From NCBI GenBank assembly GCA_934373635.1, contig CAKROZ010000005.1:20356-84355 (forward strand): a DNA stretch of 64,000 bases, read 5' to 3'. A program made the position numbers and the translations under genes. Positions 51,628 through 61,418 of this stretch are shown here, piece by piece. Each line of letters opens with the position of its first letter. Within the stretch, counting starts at the first letter, position 1. Below the pieces are notes generated by a model. The model saw only the letters and a program-made list of their open reading frames with translations. It had not been told where the DNA came from and made no database searches. The stretch comes from an uncultured Eubacteriales bacterium (lineage in GTDB: Bacteria > Bacillota > Clostridia > Oscillospirales > CAG-272).

Positions 51628-51696
51628 GATTTGGTCCTCTTTTGCGTAGTTATTGTTTTTTCTTCTATTTTCTCCGCAAAAAGGGAAAACTATCCC

Positions 51697-51725
51697 TTGA
51701 CATTCTCCGCGACATCCTGTATAAT
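51697..51725 (+). promoter_or_regulatory. MATE gene promoter
   Basis: TTGACA-17 nt-TATAAT. Confidence 0.55.
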
Positions 51726-51774
51726 CATAGTCTGTGTGTTTATCCGTCGGTGTTTTTTTATGAAAGGAGACGTC

Positions 51775-53106
51775 ATGAAGATCCGTTTGTCCGACCATTT
51801 CACCACGTCGCGGCTGTTGCGATTTACCTTCCCTTCCATCGTGATGATGGTATTTACCTCGATCTACAGCGTGGTGGACGGTCTTTTCATCGCCAACTGC
51901 GTGGGGAGCAACGCGCTCTCCGCCATCAATATCATTTTTCCCGCGCTGATGATCCTCGGCGCCTTCGGCTTTATGCTCGGTGCGGGGGGCAGTGCGGAGG
52001 TCGGGCGGGCACTCGGCGAGGGAAAGCCCGAGCTCGCAAAGAAATACTTTACGACGCTGATTCTGACCATCGTCTTCCTCGGGGCTCTCCTTTCCGCGCT
52101 CGTGTTTCTGCTCATCCGTCCGATCTCGGTGCTCCTCGGTGCGACCGACCTGTTGATCGACGACTGCATTATTTACGGGCGGATCCTCGCGGCGGGGAAC
52201 GTATTCTTCATGCTGCAATCCGCGTTTCAGACCTTCTTTGTCCTTGCGGAAAAGCCGAAGCTCGGTCTTCTCTTCACCGTGGCATCGGGACTGACGAACA
52301 TCGTCTTTGACTTTGTGTTCGTCTACCTTCTCGAGATGGGAGTCGCGGGTGCCGCGACCGCCACGGTGATGGGGTACGCGGTCGGAGGGGTGATTCCGCT
52401 CTTCTATTTCCTCTCGAACAACGACAGTCTGCTCCGCTTCACGAAGACCGAGATCTACCCGAAAATGCTCCTTTCGAGCGCGGCGAACGGCTCCTCCGAG
52501 ATGGTATCGAACATCTCCTCCTCGGTCGTCACCATGCTTTACAACTTGCAGATGCTCCGTCTGCTCGGCGAGGGAGGCGTCGCTTCCATCACCGTCATCA
52601 TGTACATCAATTTCATCTTTGTTGCCGTCAACATCGGCTTTGCCATCGGGGCGGCGCCCGTCGTCAGCTATCATTACGGCGCGCAAAACACGGCGGAGCT
52701 GAAAAACGTATTCAAGCGAAGCCTCGGCATCATCGGGATAGTCTCTCTTATCATGTTCGTCTTGGCGGAGGCGCTCTCTTCCCTCTTGATTTCTCTGTTC
52801 CTTTCCTCCGACCCCGAATTTGCGGCAATCTCTCTGCACGGGCTCCGCGTGGCGTCCTTCTCTTTCCTTCTCGCGGGGGTGAATATTTATGCGTCCTCCT
52901 TCTTCACCGCGCTCTGCAACGGCAAGATATCCGCGATCATCTCCTTCCTTCGCGCGTTGGTCTTCCCCGTCGCGGCGCTCCTGACGCTTCCCTATCTTTT
53001 CGATGTGGAGGGCGTCTGGTTTTCCCTCGTATTATCGGAAGCGCTCGCCTTTGCCATTTCGGTGTTCTTCCTCATTTTTGAGAAGAAAAAGTATCAATAT
53101 GTATAG
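51775..53106 (+). CDS. MATE-family efflux transporter
   Basis: Start at ATG 51775 (AAAGGAG RBS). RLLRFTFPSIVMMVFTSIYSVVDGLFIANCVG is a MATE N-terminus. 12-TM pattern. Confidence 0.9.
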   Translation: MKIRLSDHFTTSRLLRFTFPSIVMMVFTSIYSVVDGLFIANCVGSNALSAINIIFPALMILGAFGFMLGAGGSAEVGRALGEGKPELAKKYFTTLILTIVFLGALLSALVFLLIRPISVLLGATDLLIDDCIIYGRILAAGNVFFMLQSAFQTFFVLAEKPKLGLLFTVASGLTNIVFDFVFVYLLEMGVAGAATATVMGYAVGGVIPLFYFLSNNDSLLRFTKTEIYPKMLLSSAANGSSEMVSNISSSVVTMLYNLQMLRLLGEGGVASITVIMYINFIFVAVNIGFAIGAAPVVSYHYGAQNTAELKNVFKRSLGIIGIVSLIMFVLAEALSSLLISLFLSSDPEFAAISLHGLRVASFSFLLAGVNIYASSFFTALCNGKISAIISFLRALVFPVAALLTLPYLFDVEGVWFSLVLSEALAFAISVFFLIFEKKKYQYV

Positions 53107-53125
53107 AATTCTTTGCATTTTATAT

Positions 53126-53164
53126 AAAGCCCCCGTGTGCAATCAAATTGCACACGGGGGCTTT
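53126..53164. terminator. Bidirectional terminator (MATE / pepF)
   Basis: AAAGCCCCCGTGTGCAAT-CAA-ATTGCACACGGGGGCTTT. Confidence 0.7.
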
Positions 53165-53225
53165 ATGAATTTGTTTTTTATCGATGGACGTATTTTTTTG
53201 CTGTTGTCCCTGCCTTCCGGAGGAT

Positions 53226-55001
53226 TCAAAGCGCCTCGAACTCTTCGAGTGCCTCTTTGAAGGACACCATGCAGGCGTCGAAGGCGGTGCGCTTCGTGAG
53301 GTCGACGCCCGCGAGCTTCAGAAGCTCGACGGGGCTGTCGCTTCCGCCCGAGGAGAGGAAGCGGAAGTAATCGCGAACGGCGGGCTCGCCCTCTTTCAGG
53401 ATGCGCTCGGCAATGGAGACGGCGCTGATGATGCCCGTCGCGTACTTATAGACATAGAAGCCGCGGTAGAAGTGCGGGATTCTCGCCCATTCATAGGCGA
53501 TCATGGGATCGGAGACAACCGAGCGACCGTAATACTTTTTATTGAGGTCGAGGTAGACGGCGTTCAGCGAGTCGGTGGTGAGGGGCTGTCCCTTCTCTGC
53601 CATATCGTGGGCGATATACTCGAACTCGGCGAACTGTGTCTGACGGAAGAGGGTGCCTTTCAGGGTATCCATATAGTAGGAGAGAAGGTACTTTTTGAGC
53701 TTCTTATCCTCGGTGGTGGCGAGAAGGTACTTGATGAGAAGGATCTCGTTGACGGTGCTCGCGACCTCGGCGACGAAGATCTTATACTGCGCCTTCTCCT
53801 GCGGCTGATTCCTCTCGGAATGATAGGAGTGCATGGCGTGTCCGAGCTCATGGGCGATGGTGAAGATGTCCGACGTGGTCTTCTGATAATTGAGAAGGAC
53901 ATAGGGGTGCTTCAAGCCGTAGACGCTGATGCTGTACGCGCCACTCCGCTTCCCTGCCGTCTCCTCGACGTCGATCCAGCGGTTGTCGTGTGCCTCGTCA
54001 AGCAGCTTTCCGTACTCTTCGCCGAGGGGAGCGAGTCCCTTCTTCACCAGGCGGAAGGCATCCTCGTATTCGAGCTGCATCTCCGCGTTCTCGACAAGGG
54101 GAGTATAAACATCGTACATATGGAGAGAGGAGACGCCGAGAATCTTCTTTCTGTCGCGGAAGTAGCGGTGAAGAAGGGGGAGATTCTTATGAACGCTCGC
54201 CAAAAGGTTCTCGTACACCTTGGTATCGACGTCCTCTTCGGCAAGGGCGCGTGCGAGGGAGGAAGGGTACTTTCTCGCCTTGGCGAGGAAGACATCCTTA
54301 TCGACGTTTCCGACATAGGCGGCGGTGATGGTATGGATGAGTCCGATATAGGCTTTATAGTAGGCTTCAAACACCGTGCGGCGCACCTTGCGGTCGGGCG
54401 ACCGAAGGAGGACGCCGTAGAGTCCGTGGGTGAGGGTGGTCTTCTCGCCGTTCACCTTCACGGTCGGAAAGGGGAAATCGGCGTTGTCGATCATCGAGTA
54501 GATCGTATGGAAGCCCTCGAAAATTCTGCCCTCTTGGGAGAGGACCTCCTCGGTCTCGCGGGAGAGGACGTGGGGCTTTTGCTTCAGGATCAGGCGGAGG
54601 GTATAATCGTAATCGGAGAGCGCGGGATCCGCCATCATCTCCTTCAGGGTCTTCTCGGGAAGAGCGGAGAGCTCGGGAGTGATGAACGCCGCCGCGCCCG
54701 AGAGCTTCATACCGAGCATATCGACGCGGGAGGTGAGGGCGGTATATTCCGCATTTCTCGTATCCTGATCCCGGAGCATGAAGGCATAGACATCCAGGCG
54801 CATGAGCCCGAGCATGGCGCGGTTCAGCTTCGTCATGCAGGAAAGGAAGCTCTCGCGGTCGCCGAGCTTACCCTCGAATTCGGAGAGGTCGCACAGATCG
54901 GATACCTCCGCGTAGGTCGCCTCAAACTCTTCCTTGTTCTCGAAAATATCCTCGACGCGCCATTTGAGGTGCTCGGGAATCTGATCTCTTTCTTTTGCCA
55001 T
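53226..55001 (-). CDS. pepF: Oligoendopeptidase F (M3B)
   Basis: 591 aa with the HELGHAMHS zinc motif. Confidence 0.9.
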   Translation of the reverse strand: MAKERDQIPEHLKWRVEDIFENKEEFEATYAEVSDLCDLSEFEGKLGDRESFLSCMTKLNRAMLGLMRLDVYAFMLRDQDTRNAEYTALTSRVDMLGMKLSGAAAFITPELSALPEKTLKEMMADPALSDYDYTLRLILKQKPHVLSRETEEVLSQEGRIFEGFHTIYSMIDNADFPFPTVKVNGEKTTLTHGLYGVLLRSPDRKVRRTVFEAYYKAYIGLIHTITAAYVGNVDKDVFLAKARKYPSSLARALAEEDVDTKVYENLLASVHKNLPLLHRYFRDRKKILGVSSLHMYDVYTPLVENAEMQLEYEDAFRLVKKGLAPLGEEYGKLLDEAHDNRWIDVEETAGKRSGAYSISVYGLKHPYVLLNYQKTTSDIFTIAHELGHAMHSYHSERNQPQEKAQYKIFVAEVASTVNEILLIKYLLATTEDKKLKKYLLSYYMDTLKGTLFRQTQFAEFEYIAHDMAEKGQPLTTDSLNAVYLDLNKKYYGRSVVSDPMIAYEWARIPHFYRGFYVYKYATGIISAVSIAERILKEGEPAVRDYFRFLSSGGSDSPVELLKLAGVDLTKRTAFDACMVSFKEALEEFEAL

Positions 55002-55023
55002 GGGTTTCTATCTCCTTTTTATT

Positions 55024-56208
55024 TTATTCGTTCGGGGTGTGCTCTTCGGAGGAGTCCTCCTCGGAGGTACGGGGCTGTGTTTTCCCCGGGAGGCGGACAT
55101 CGAGTCCGTTCAGCTCCACGCCGCCGTCGGCGCGGATAAGCAGGTAGGTGACGCCGCCGATCTCCTTTGTCGACACGCGGTCGGACGCGCCGGGGGCGAC
55201 GGTAATCTTCACGTCGGGGGTGCGAAGCTCGAACTTCGAGGCTTCGACAAGGTTCTTCGGCGAGAGGTAGCCGTTCCCGAATTCTTCGGTATAGCGAGCG
55301 GTAAAGGCTTCAAGCCTCTCTTCCCCGATGCCCGTGTCCGAGAGAATCTCGCGCACGGTATTCGCGGAGACGGTTAGGGGTTCGGGATTCTTCGTCTCCT
55401 TATGTACGAGGATCCTCTCGCGCAGCTCCTCGTGGATGGCGCGGATGCGCGGGAGGGTACACTCCTCCTCGAGGGTATCGGCGAGAACGGCACGGAAGGC
55501 TTTCCCCTGTTCCCTCGCGGGCATGGGGATGCTCTTTTTGAAGATCGCGTCGGTGAATGCCTCGTGAGAGTCTTCAAGGCTCTTGGTATAAAGGAGTGCA
55601 TTGTAAATATTTGTTTGCCTTCCGTCGAACGCGGGGAACAAAAAGCCGAGGGTCGGCGGGGTAATGGCGTTGGTACCGAGGAGATCGGCGAAGGATTTTT
55701 CTTCCTCGTTATAGGAGAGGGTGGACTTCGTGGATTTGACGGGGCAGATCGCCGAGACGAGGTAGGTATACATCTCGGTGGAATCGCCCGCGTCCTCGCC
55801 GTCCTTCTGTTTTTTCACCACGTCGTAGGCGGCACAGCCGAGCAGAATGACGAAGTTGTCCTCCGACGGGACGCTCGCGGCGACGCGGGAAAAGAAGGTA
55901 TTGCGGGCGCTCTCGTCCTCGAGGCGCGTCTTTCTCAGGGTCATGAGAAGTCCGTGCTCTTCCCCGCCCGCGACCTGCGAGTTGGAAAAAGGGATGTCGA
56001 TGAGGTTGCGGTAAGGGGTGCCCGTCAGGACGCGGCGGAAAATGGCGAGATATTTCTCGCTCTCCTCCTCTCCCATGAGGGCGAAGGAGCGGCAGAACTT
56101 CGCGATAATCTGCCCTTCGGCATTGACGTAACAGCCGTAAACGGCGGGGATCGTGCTCCGCTCGGGGCGGAGGGTGCGCCGCACTTCGGCGATTTCTCTT
56201 TCGTTCAT
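55024..56208 (-). CDS. DUF4317-family protein
   Basis: Trimmed to ATG 56208. The ~394-aa size and the N-terminus MNEREIAEVRRTL...CYVN are typical of this Clostridia family (recognised from memory). Confidence 0.6.
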   Translation of the reverse strand: MNEREIAEVRRTLRPERSTIPAVYGCYVNAEGQIIAKFCRSFALMGEEESEKYLAIFRRVLTGTPYRNLIDIPFSNSQVAGGEEHGLLMTLRKTRLEDESARNTFFSRVAASVPSEDNFVILLGCAAYDVVKKQKDGEDAGDSTEMYTYLVSAICPVKSTKSTLSYNEEEKSFADLLGTNAITPPTLGFLFPAFDGRQTNIYNALLYTKSLEDSHEAFTDAIFKKSIPMPAREQGKAFRAVLADTLEEECTLPRIRAIHEELRERILVHKETKNPEPLTVSANTVREILSDTGIGEERLEAFTARYTEEFGNGYLSPKNLVEASKFELRTPDVKITVAPGASDRVSTKEIGGVTYLLIRADGGVELNGLDVRLPGKTQPRTSEEDSSEEHTPNE

Positions 56209-56369
56209 AGTCTGTTCCTTTGGTATCCGTCTTTTTGAATTTCTACCATAGTATAGCACATTTTTGCGGCTTTGTGTAGGGGGTATTTGAATTTTTTACA
56301 TTTTTAACGGCAAAGGCAACGTAATATCGATGCGAATCTCGAAATTGCTGAACACATGAAGGCTCCTCC

Positions 56370-56398
56370 TTGACTTTTTCCGTATGATGAGGTATACT
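56370..56398 (+). promoter_or_regulatory. trmO promoter
   Basis: TTGACT-17 nt-TATACT. Confidence 0.5.
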
Positions 56399-56474
56399 TA
56401 ACACGAAGCACGTGAGACCTGAGGATTTATTTTTCTCTAACAGATTTTTACGATAGGAAAAGGATTGCTTGAAT

Positions 56475-57191
56475 ATGTGTAAAATCCGAAATGTGCCCAT
56501 GAGAGAACCACTGAAGATCATCGCGACGATACGAACGGGGTACAAAGAAAAATTCGGGATCCCGCGGCAGAGCGGAATTGCGGACGAGGCGATCGGAGAG
56601 ATCGTCTTTCTGCCCCCTTACAACCGAGCTGAGGCGGTGCGCGGCATCGAGGGCTTCTCGCACCTCTGGCTCCTCTGGGAATTCTCCGAGGCGAAGCGGG
56701 AGGGATGGTCGCCGACGGTGCGACCGCCACGGCTCGGAGGAAATCGGCGGGTCGGTGTCTTCGCCACCCGCTCCCCCTTCCGTCCGAATCCGATCGGGCT
56801 CTCTTCCGTGCGTCTTCTCGGCGTGGATGATCGCACCGAGGGTCCCGTCCTGCGGGTGGCGGGCGCCGACCTCCTCGACGGGACGCCGATCTACGACATC
56901 AAGCCATATCTCGCCTACACCGACGCGCATCCCGAGGCGGTGGGCGGTTTTTCCGACGGGGTGAGGGATCACGCGCTCCGCGTCGAATTCCCGACGGAGC
57001 TTGCGCAAGGGGTGCCCGAAGACATCCGCGAGGTATTTCTCACAATCCTTCGGAACGACCCGCGTCCTGCCTACCAAGAGGACGACGACCGCATTTATTA
57101 TTCGGACTACGGCGAATATGAGGTCGCGTTTCGCGTAACGGGAGGCGTCGCCGTGGTGACGGATTTGAAAATTAAGAATTATGAATTATGA
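56475..57191 (+). CDS. trmO: tRNA (t6A37-N6)-methyltransferase TrmO (TsaA/YaeB family)
   Basis: FGIPRQSG, FSHLWLLWEF, FATRSPFRPNPIG and DGTPIYDIKPY motifs. The start is ambiguous (56469, 56475 or 56499). The last 7 codons lie in heptamer array 7. Confidence 0.85.
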   Translation: MCKIRNVPMREPLKIIATIRTGYKEKFGIPRQSGIADEAIGEIVFLPPYNRAEAVRGIEGFSHLWLLWEFSEAKREGWSPTVRPPRLGGNRRVGVFATRSPFRPNPIGLSSVRLLGVDDRTEGPVLRVAGADLLDGTPIYDIKPYLAYTDAHPEAVGGFSDGVRDHALRVEFPTELAQGVPEDIREVFLTILRNDPRPAYQEDDDRIYYSDYGEYEVAFRVTGGVAVVTDLKIKNYEL

Positions 57192-57195
57192 ATTG
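57168..57195 (+). repeat. AT-rich heptamer array, site 7
   Basis: AAAATTAA GAATTAT GAATTAT GAATTG. Encodes KIKNYEL plus the TGA stop of trmO. Confidence 0.8.
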
Positions 57196-57255
57196 ATCTT
57201 AAGTCCGGCGTATCCGATTCGGAATGCGGGGGGCGCTTGAAAGACGATTCTGAAC

Positions 57256-57310
57256 AAAAAGCGGTTGCCGCAGATCGGTTTTTAACGACCGACTGCGGCA
57301 ACCGCTTTTT
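57256..57310. terminator. Bidirectional terminator (trmO / fhs)
   Basis: AAAAAGCGGTTGCCGCAG...CTGCGGCAACCGCTTTTT. Confidence 0.7.
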
Positions 57311-57483
57311 GGTGTTTTTTTGATGAGGGCGAAAGAGAATCTTTCGGCGTTCGGAGCGGGAATGTCTTATCTTCTTTTCGGCACTCGGGCTAAGGCGTCT
57401 GTATTTTTCGACGCTCGGTGAAAGTGATCTGCCTTGCTTTTGAGATCCGAGCCGAAAAGTTTTTACTCTTTGGGGTGCCGACG

Positions 57484-59160
57484 TCAGAAGAGTCCTACGA
57501 TCCTGCCGTCGGGAAGGACGTCGATGTTCTCGGCGGCGGGAACCTTCGGCAAGCCCGGCATGGTCATGATGTCCCCCGTCAGGACGACAAGGAAGCCTGC
57601 GCCCGCGGCGATACGGATGTTCTTGACGCTGACGGTGAAGTGCTCGGGGGCGCCGAGCTTCTTCGCGTCATCCGAGAAGCTGTACTGCGTCTTTGCCATG
57701 CAGACGGGGAGGTGCGCGTAGCCCATGGTTTTCATGGCGGCGAGCTGTTTTTCCGCCGCGGGAAGATAGGTGACGCCCTCTCCGCCGTAGACCTTTTTGA
57801 CGATCGCCTCGATCTTTTCTTTTATCGTGGCGGTATCGGGGTAGGCAAAGCGGAAATCGCCCGTCTCCTCCTCACAGAGGCGGACGACCTCGCGGGCGAG
57901 CGCTTCACTGCCCCGCCCGCCCTCCGCGTATGCGGTGGAGGTCTCGGCACGGACGCCGAGGGTGAGGCAATGTGCCTTCACACATTCGAGCTCGGCATCG
58001 GTATCGGTCGGGCGACGGTTGATGGCGACGGTGACGGGAAGTCCGTAGACCTCCTTGATGTTACGGAGGTGACGCGTGAGGTTCGGGAGTCCCCTCCGAA
58101 GGGCTTCAAGATCCTCGGTATGGAGTGCGTCCTTCGGGAGTCCGCCGTGCATTTTCAGCGCGCGAACGGTGGCGACGAGAACGACGGCATCGGGCACGAG
58201 TCCCGCGGCGCGGCACTTGATGTCGAAGAATTTCTCCGCGCCGAGATCGGCACCGAAGCCCGCCTCGGTGACGGCATATTCCCCGCTGCGGAGCGCCATG
58301 CGGGTGGCGAGCACCGAATTGCATCCGTGGGCAATGTTGGCAAAAGGTCCGCCGTGGACGAAGGCGGGTGTGCCCTCGAGAGTGCCGACGAGATTCGGCT
58401 TCAAGGCGTCGCGCAGGAGCGCGCACATGGCCCCCGCCGCCTTCAGATCTCCGACCGTGACGGGACGTCCGTCATAGGTATAGCCGACGATCATGCGGGA
58501 GAGTCTCTCCTTTAAGTCCGTATACGACTCCGCAAGGCAGAGCACCGCCATAACCTCGGTCGCGACGGTGATGTCGAAGCCGTCCTCCCGCGGCGTGCCG
58601 TTCACGGTGCCGCCGAGCCCGTCGACGAGGAAGCGGAGCTGTCGGTCGTTCATATCCACCGCGCGTCGCCACGTGATGCGGCGGGGATCGATACCGAGGG
58701 CGTTGCCCTGATGGATGTGGTTATCGAGCATGGCGGCGACGAGGTTGTTCGCCGCGCCGATGGCGTGGAAATCCCCCGTGAAATGCAGATTGATGTCCGC
58801 CATCGGGGCGATCTGCGCATATCCGCCCCCCGTCGCGCCACCTTTGATGCCGAAGACGGGTCCGAGCGACGGCTCACGCAGGGCGAGGGTCGCCTCCCGT
58901 CCGATGAACCGCAATCCGTCGGCAAGACCGATGGACATGGTGGTCTTTCCCTCTCCTGCGGGAGTCGGAGAGATGGCGGTGACGAGCACCAGTTTGCCCT
59001 GCTTTTCCTTTTTGTCCGAAAGACGGGAGAAATTGACCTTCGCTTTATACGAGCCGTAGGGCTCGATGTCCTCTTTCGCCAGATGCGCCCGTGCGGCGAC
59101 GGTCCCGATGCTGTCGAGGCGGGCGGCATCGGCAATTTCGATGTCGGTCAGAAATTCCAT
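57484..59160 (-). CDS. fhs: Formate--tetrahydrofolate ligase
   Basis: Start at ATG 59160 (GGAGAA RBS). [14 protein letters not shown]-loop. ~558 aa. Confidence 0.95.
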   Translation of the reverse strand: MEFLTDIEIADAARLDSIGTVAARAHLAKEDIEPYGSYKAKVNFSRLSDKKEKQGKLVLVTAISPTPAGEGKTTMSIGLADGLRFIGREATLALREPSLGPVFGIKGGATGGGYAQIAPMADINLHFTGDFHAIGAANNLVAAMLDNHIHQGNALGIDPRRITWRRAVDMNDRQLRFLVDGLGGTVNGTPREDGFDITVATEVMAVLCLAESYTDLKERLSRMIVGYTYDGRPVTVGDLKAAGAMCALLRDALKPNLVGTLEGTPAFVHGGPFANIAHGCNSVLATRMALRSGEYAVTEAGFGADLGAEKFFDIKCRAAGLVPDAVVLVATVRALKMHGGLPKDALHTEDLEALRRGLPNLTRHLRNIKEVYGLPVTVAINRRPTDTDAELECVKAHCLTLGVRAETSTAYAEGGRGSEALAREVVRLCEEETGDFRFAYPDTATIKEKIEAIVKKVYGGEGVTYLPAAEKQLAAMKTMGYAHLPVCMAKTQYSFSDDAKKLGAPEHFTVSVKNIRIAAGAGFLVVLTGDIMTMPGLPKVPAAENIDVLPDGRIVGLF

Positions 59161-59291
59161 GCGATTCTCCAATCATTTTTTCATATTTTTCCACGCGCGT
59201 CGTCTGAAAATGCCTGATTTAAATACATCCTCAAAACTCATTTTTCCGGATTTGCTTTCAGAATGATTGTTTTGATGAAAAGTGTATTTTT

Positions 59292-59320
59292 ATTATACAC
59301 GTATCTACGCCCAAAGTCAA
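59292..59320 (-). promoter_or_regulatory. fhs promoter
   Basis: The minus strand reads TTGACT-17 nt-TATAAT, with a ~125-nt leader. Confidence 0.5.
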
Positions 59321-59355
59321 GAAAACCCCGAAATTTTATGCTTTCGGGGCTCTTT
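59321..59355. terminator. Terminator after the EFR1-like gene
   Basis: Hairpin CCCCGAAA-N8-TTTCGGGG flanked by an A-run and a T-run. Confidence 0.6.
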
Positions 59356-59361
59356 TCCATT

Positions 59362-60168
59362 CTATGTATGCTTCGGCTTTTTGTCGCACGGCTTCGGGAT
59401 CGGTGTTTTCCATCTGACCTTCGGATTGACAAATCTGCCGTGGCGGTTCACCGTTTTATAGCGGATCGCGCCCTTCGGGCATCGGTGCAGGCATCCGAGG
59501 CAGAGGGTACACTCGGGGGGCTCGAAGCTCGGCTTCCCTCCCCTCATCACGATCGCACCGTCGGGGCACTGCGCGGCGCAGAGGGAGCACCCGACGCACG
59601 CCTCGGCGTCCACCGCGAAATATTTGGTTCTCCGCGCGGTGTGGTAGTTCCGATACACGCCCCACGCGAGGGGGAGCGGAGGAACGGCGCCGACGAAATT
59701 GCCGTGCAGACGGGCGGCAACGTCACGCGCGACATTCTCCGCAAGACGTGCCGCCTGCTCGGTGATGCGGCGGTTCTTCTCCCCGTCGCGGAGGTCGAAG
59801 ATCGGCACCCACGTATCGACGGTGCGCACCGAAAAGCTCGCGCGCACGGTGATGCCCCGTCTCTCCGCCATCTCACGGAAGAAGAAGGCAGACTGTCCCG
59901 GCGTCGTGCCGTAGACGGTGACGTGGTAGATGTAGGGATTCTCGGGCAGGCTTAGCTCGAGTACCTCGAGAAAGGAGAGTACCGCGGCGGGCAAGCCCCA
60001 GAAATAGGTCGGGGTGACGAAGCCGACGCGCTCTTCCTTCTCCGCCCGAAAGGAAAAGCGCCCCTCGCGAAGGCAATCGGCAATCGAAATCATGGTGTCG
60101 CCCGTACGAGCGGCGATGATCTCGGCGATCATGCGGCAATTCCCCGTCGCGGAAAAATAAAAGATCAC
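59362..60168 (-). CDS. EFR1-family ferredoxin (flavodoxin-like domain plus 2x[4Fe-4S])
   Basis: GTG start at 60168 (GGGAGG RBS). IFYFSATGNC N-terminus. CVGCSLCAAQCP and CTLCLGCLHRCP clusters. Confidence 0.7.
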   Translation of the reverse strand: MIFYFSATGNCRMIAEIIAARTGDTMISIADCLREGRFSFRAEKEERVGFVTPTYFWGLPAAVLSFLEVLELSLPENPYIYHVTVYGTTPGQSAFFFREMAERRGITVRASFSVRTVDTWVPIFDLRDGEKNRRITEQAARLAENVARDVAARLHGNFVGAVPPLPLAWGVYRNYHTARRTKYFAVDAEACVGCSLCAAQCPDGAIVMRGGKPSFEPPECTLCLGCLHRCPKGAIRYKTVNRHGRFVNPKVRWKTPIPKPCDKKPKHT

Positions 60169-60278
60169 GGATGTTGCCTCCCTTCTCGCGGTGTGCGCTT
60201 TTTTTGTTTTGTTTGTTATTTTTTGTTTTTTATAAGTCGGGGTCTCGGATGTCTTGTCTTTTCCGTGCGCGGGGTGTT

Positions 60279-61418
60279 TTACGCGCGCTTTTCGTTCACC
60301 CTGCGGACGGTCTCCTCGAGCATACGTTCCATGGCGTCCATGCAGGCGGTGTGGTCGAATTTTTCTCTCGCCATCTGCGCGTACTTTTTGCTGTATTCCG
60401 CCTTTTCTTCGGGGTGGTCGAGCCACCAATCGATCTTTCTCGCAAGCTCCTTGGCGTCGCCTGCGCGGAAAAGGCTCTTTTCGTCGAGGGCGTAGAAGCG
60501 GGTCGCGCTCTTCGGCGAGTCGCAAATGACGGGAACGACGCCCGTGGCAAGTGCCTCGAGACATCCGATGCCCTCCGCCTCATACTCGGCGGCGTGGACG
60601 TAGAGATCGGCACGGCGGTTGACATGCACCATCTCTTCTCGCGTGAAAAAGCGGAAGACGGGAGGAACGGGAAGCTTTCCCGCCATGCGCTCAAGCTTCT
60701 TTTTCATCGGTCCGTCGCCCGCAAAGATCAGGCGGATCCTGTCCTTGTATGCCGAATATTTCACGGCGCGGATGAGAGTCTTATGCGACTTTTCCTTCGA
60801 ATATCTTCCGGTATAGAGGATATTGATCCTGCCGTCGTCCTCGCGCTCCTCTTCCTTCGGGAAGAAGACCTCGTTGACGCCGTTGGAGATCACGTAGCCG
60901 TTCGTCTTTCCGTACATCCCCTCGTAGAGGTCGCGGATGTACTGTGTGACGTAATGGATCGAGTCGCACTTCTTATAAAGGCGGCTGAAATGAAGGTAGG
61001 CAAGGCGGTTGACGAGCCGGCTCTTCTTCATAAACACATGCACGGAAAAGTTCTCGGCAAGGAGATGGCATCCCGAGGAGAGGGGGATGCCCGCCGCGCG
61101 TGCCTCCTTCGCGGCGGAGAGTCCGAGCGAAAAGGGCAACATGACATGCACGATGTCGGCGCCCGAGATCGCCTCGCGGACGACCTCGCGATCCGGCTTT
61201 GCCAGTGTGACGCCGTTCGACGCGAGGTAGGGGTCAAGGGGTCCGAAGCTGCGGTTCGGCACCACGTAGCACCCGGCGTGACCCTTCTTATCCTTATCGG
61301 CACAGAGGATGCGTACCTCGTGCCCGCGGGAGGACAAATGGCGGATCAGATTCATCGCGGCGATGGTCGTGCCGTTGTTTTCTTCTCCGAGGACATCACA
61401 TACTACGGTGATCTTCAT
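60279..61418 (-). CDS. Glycosyltransferase family 4 (GT-B), glycolipid synthase-like
   Basis: 379 aa with the EYEAEGIGCLEALATGVVPV (E-x7-E) region. Confidence 0.82.
   Translation of the reverse strand: MKITVVCDVLGEENNGTTIAAMNLIRHLSSRGHEVRILCADKDKKGHAGCYVVPNRSFGPLDPYLASNGVTLAKPDREVVREAISGADIVHVMLPFSLGLSAAKEARAAGIPLSSGCHLLAENFSVHVFMKKSRLVNRLAYLHFSRLYKKCDSIHYVTQYIRDLYEGMYGKTNGYVISNGVNEVFFPKEEEREDDGRINILYTGRYSKEKSHKTLIRAVKYSAYKDRIRLIFAGDGPMKKKLERMAGKLPVPPVFRFFTREEMVHVNRRADLYVHAAEYEAEGIGCLEALATGVVPVICDSPKSATRFYALDEKSLFRAGDAKELARKIDWWLDHPEEKAEYSKKYAQMAREKFDHTACMDAMERMLEETVRRVNEKRA

Noticed and set aside
51025-52839. Extended versions of ORFs 51025..53106 (plus) and 51067..52839 (minus)
   Set aside because: Each is real only in part: the MATE gene from 51775 and the YgjV-like gene up to 51627. 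The remainders are mutual antisense shadows with highly charged, non-membrane composition.
53184-58515. Plus-strand ORFs 53184..55139, 55402..56238 and 57418..58515
   Set aside because: They are antisense shadows of pepF, the DUF4317 gene and fhs respectively, with G/E/R/V-rich repetitive composition.
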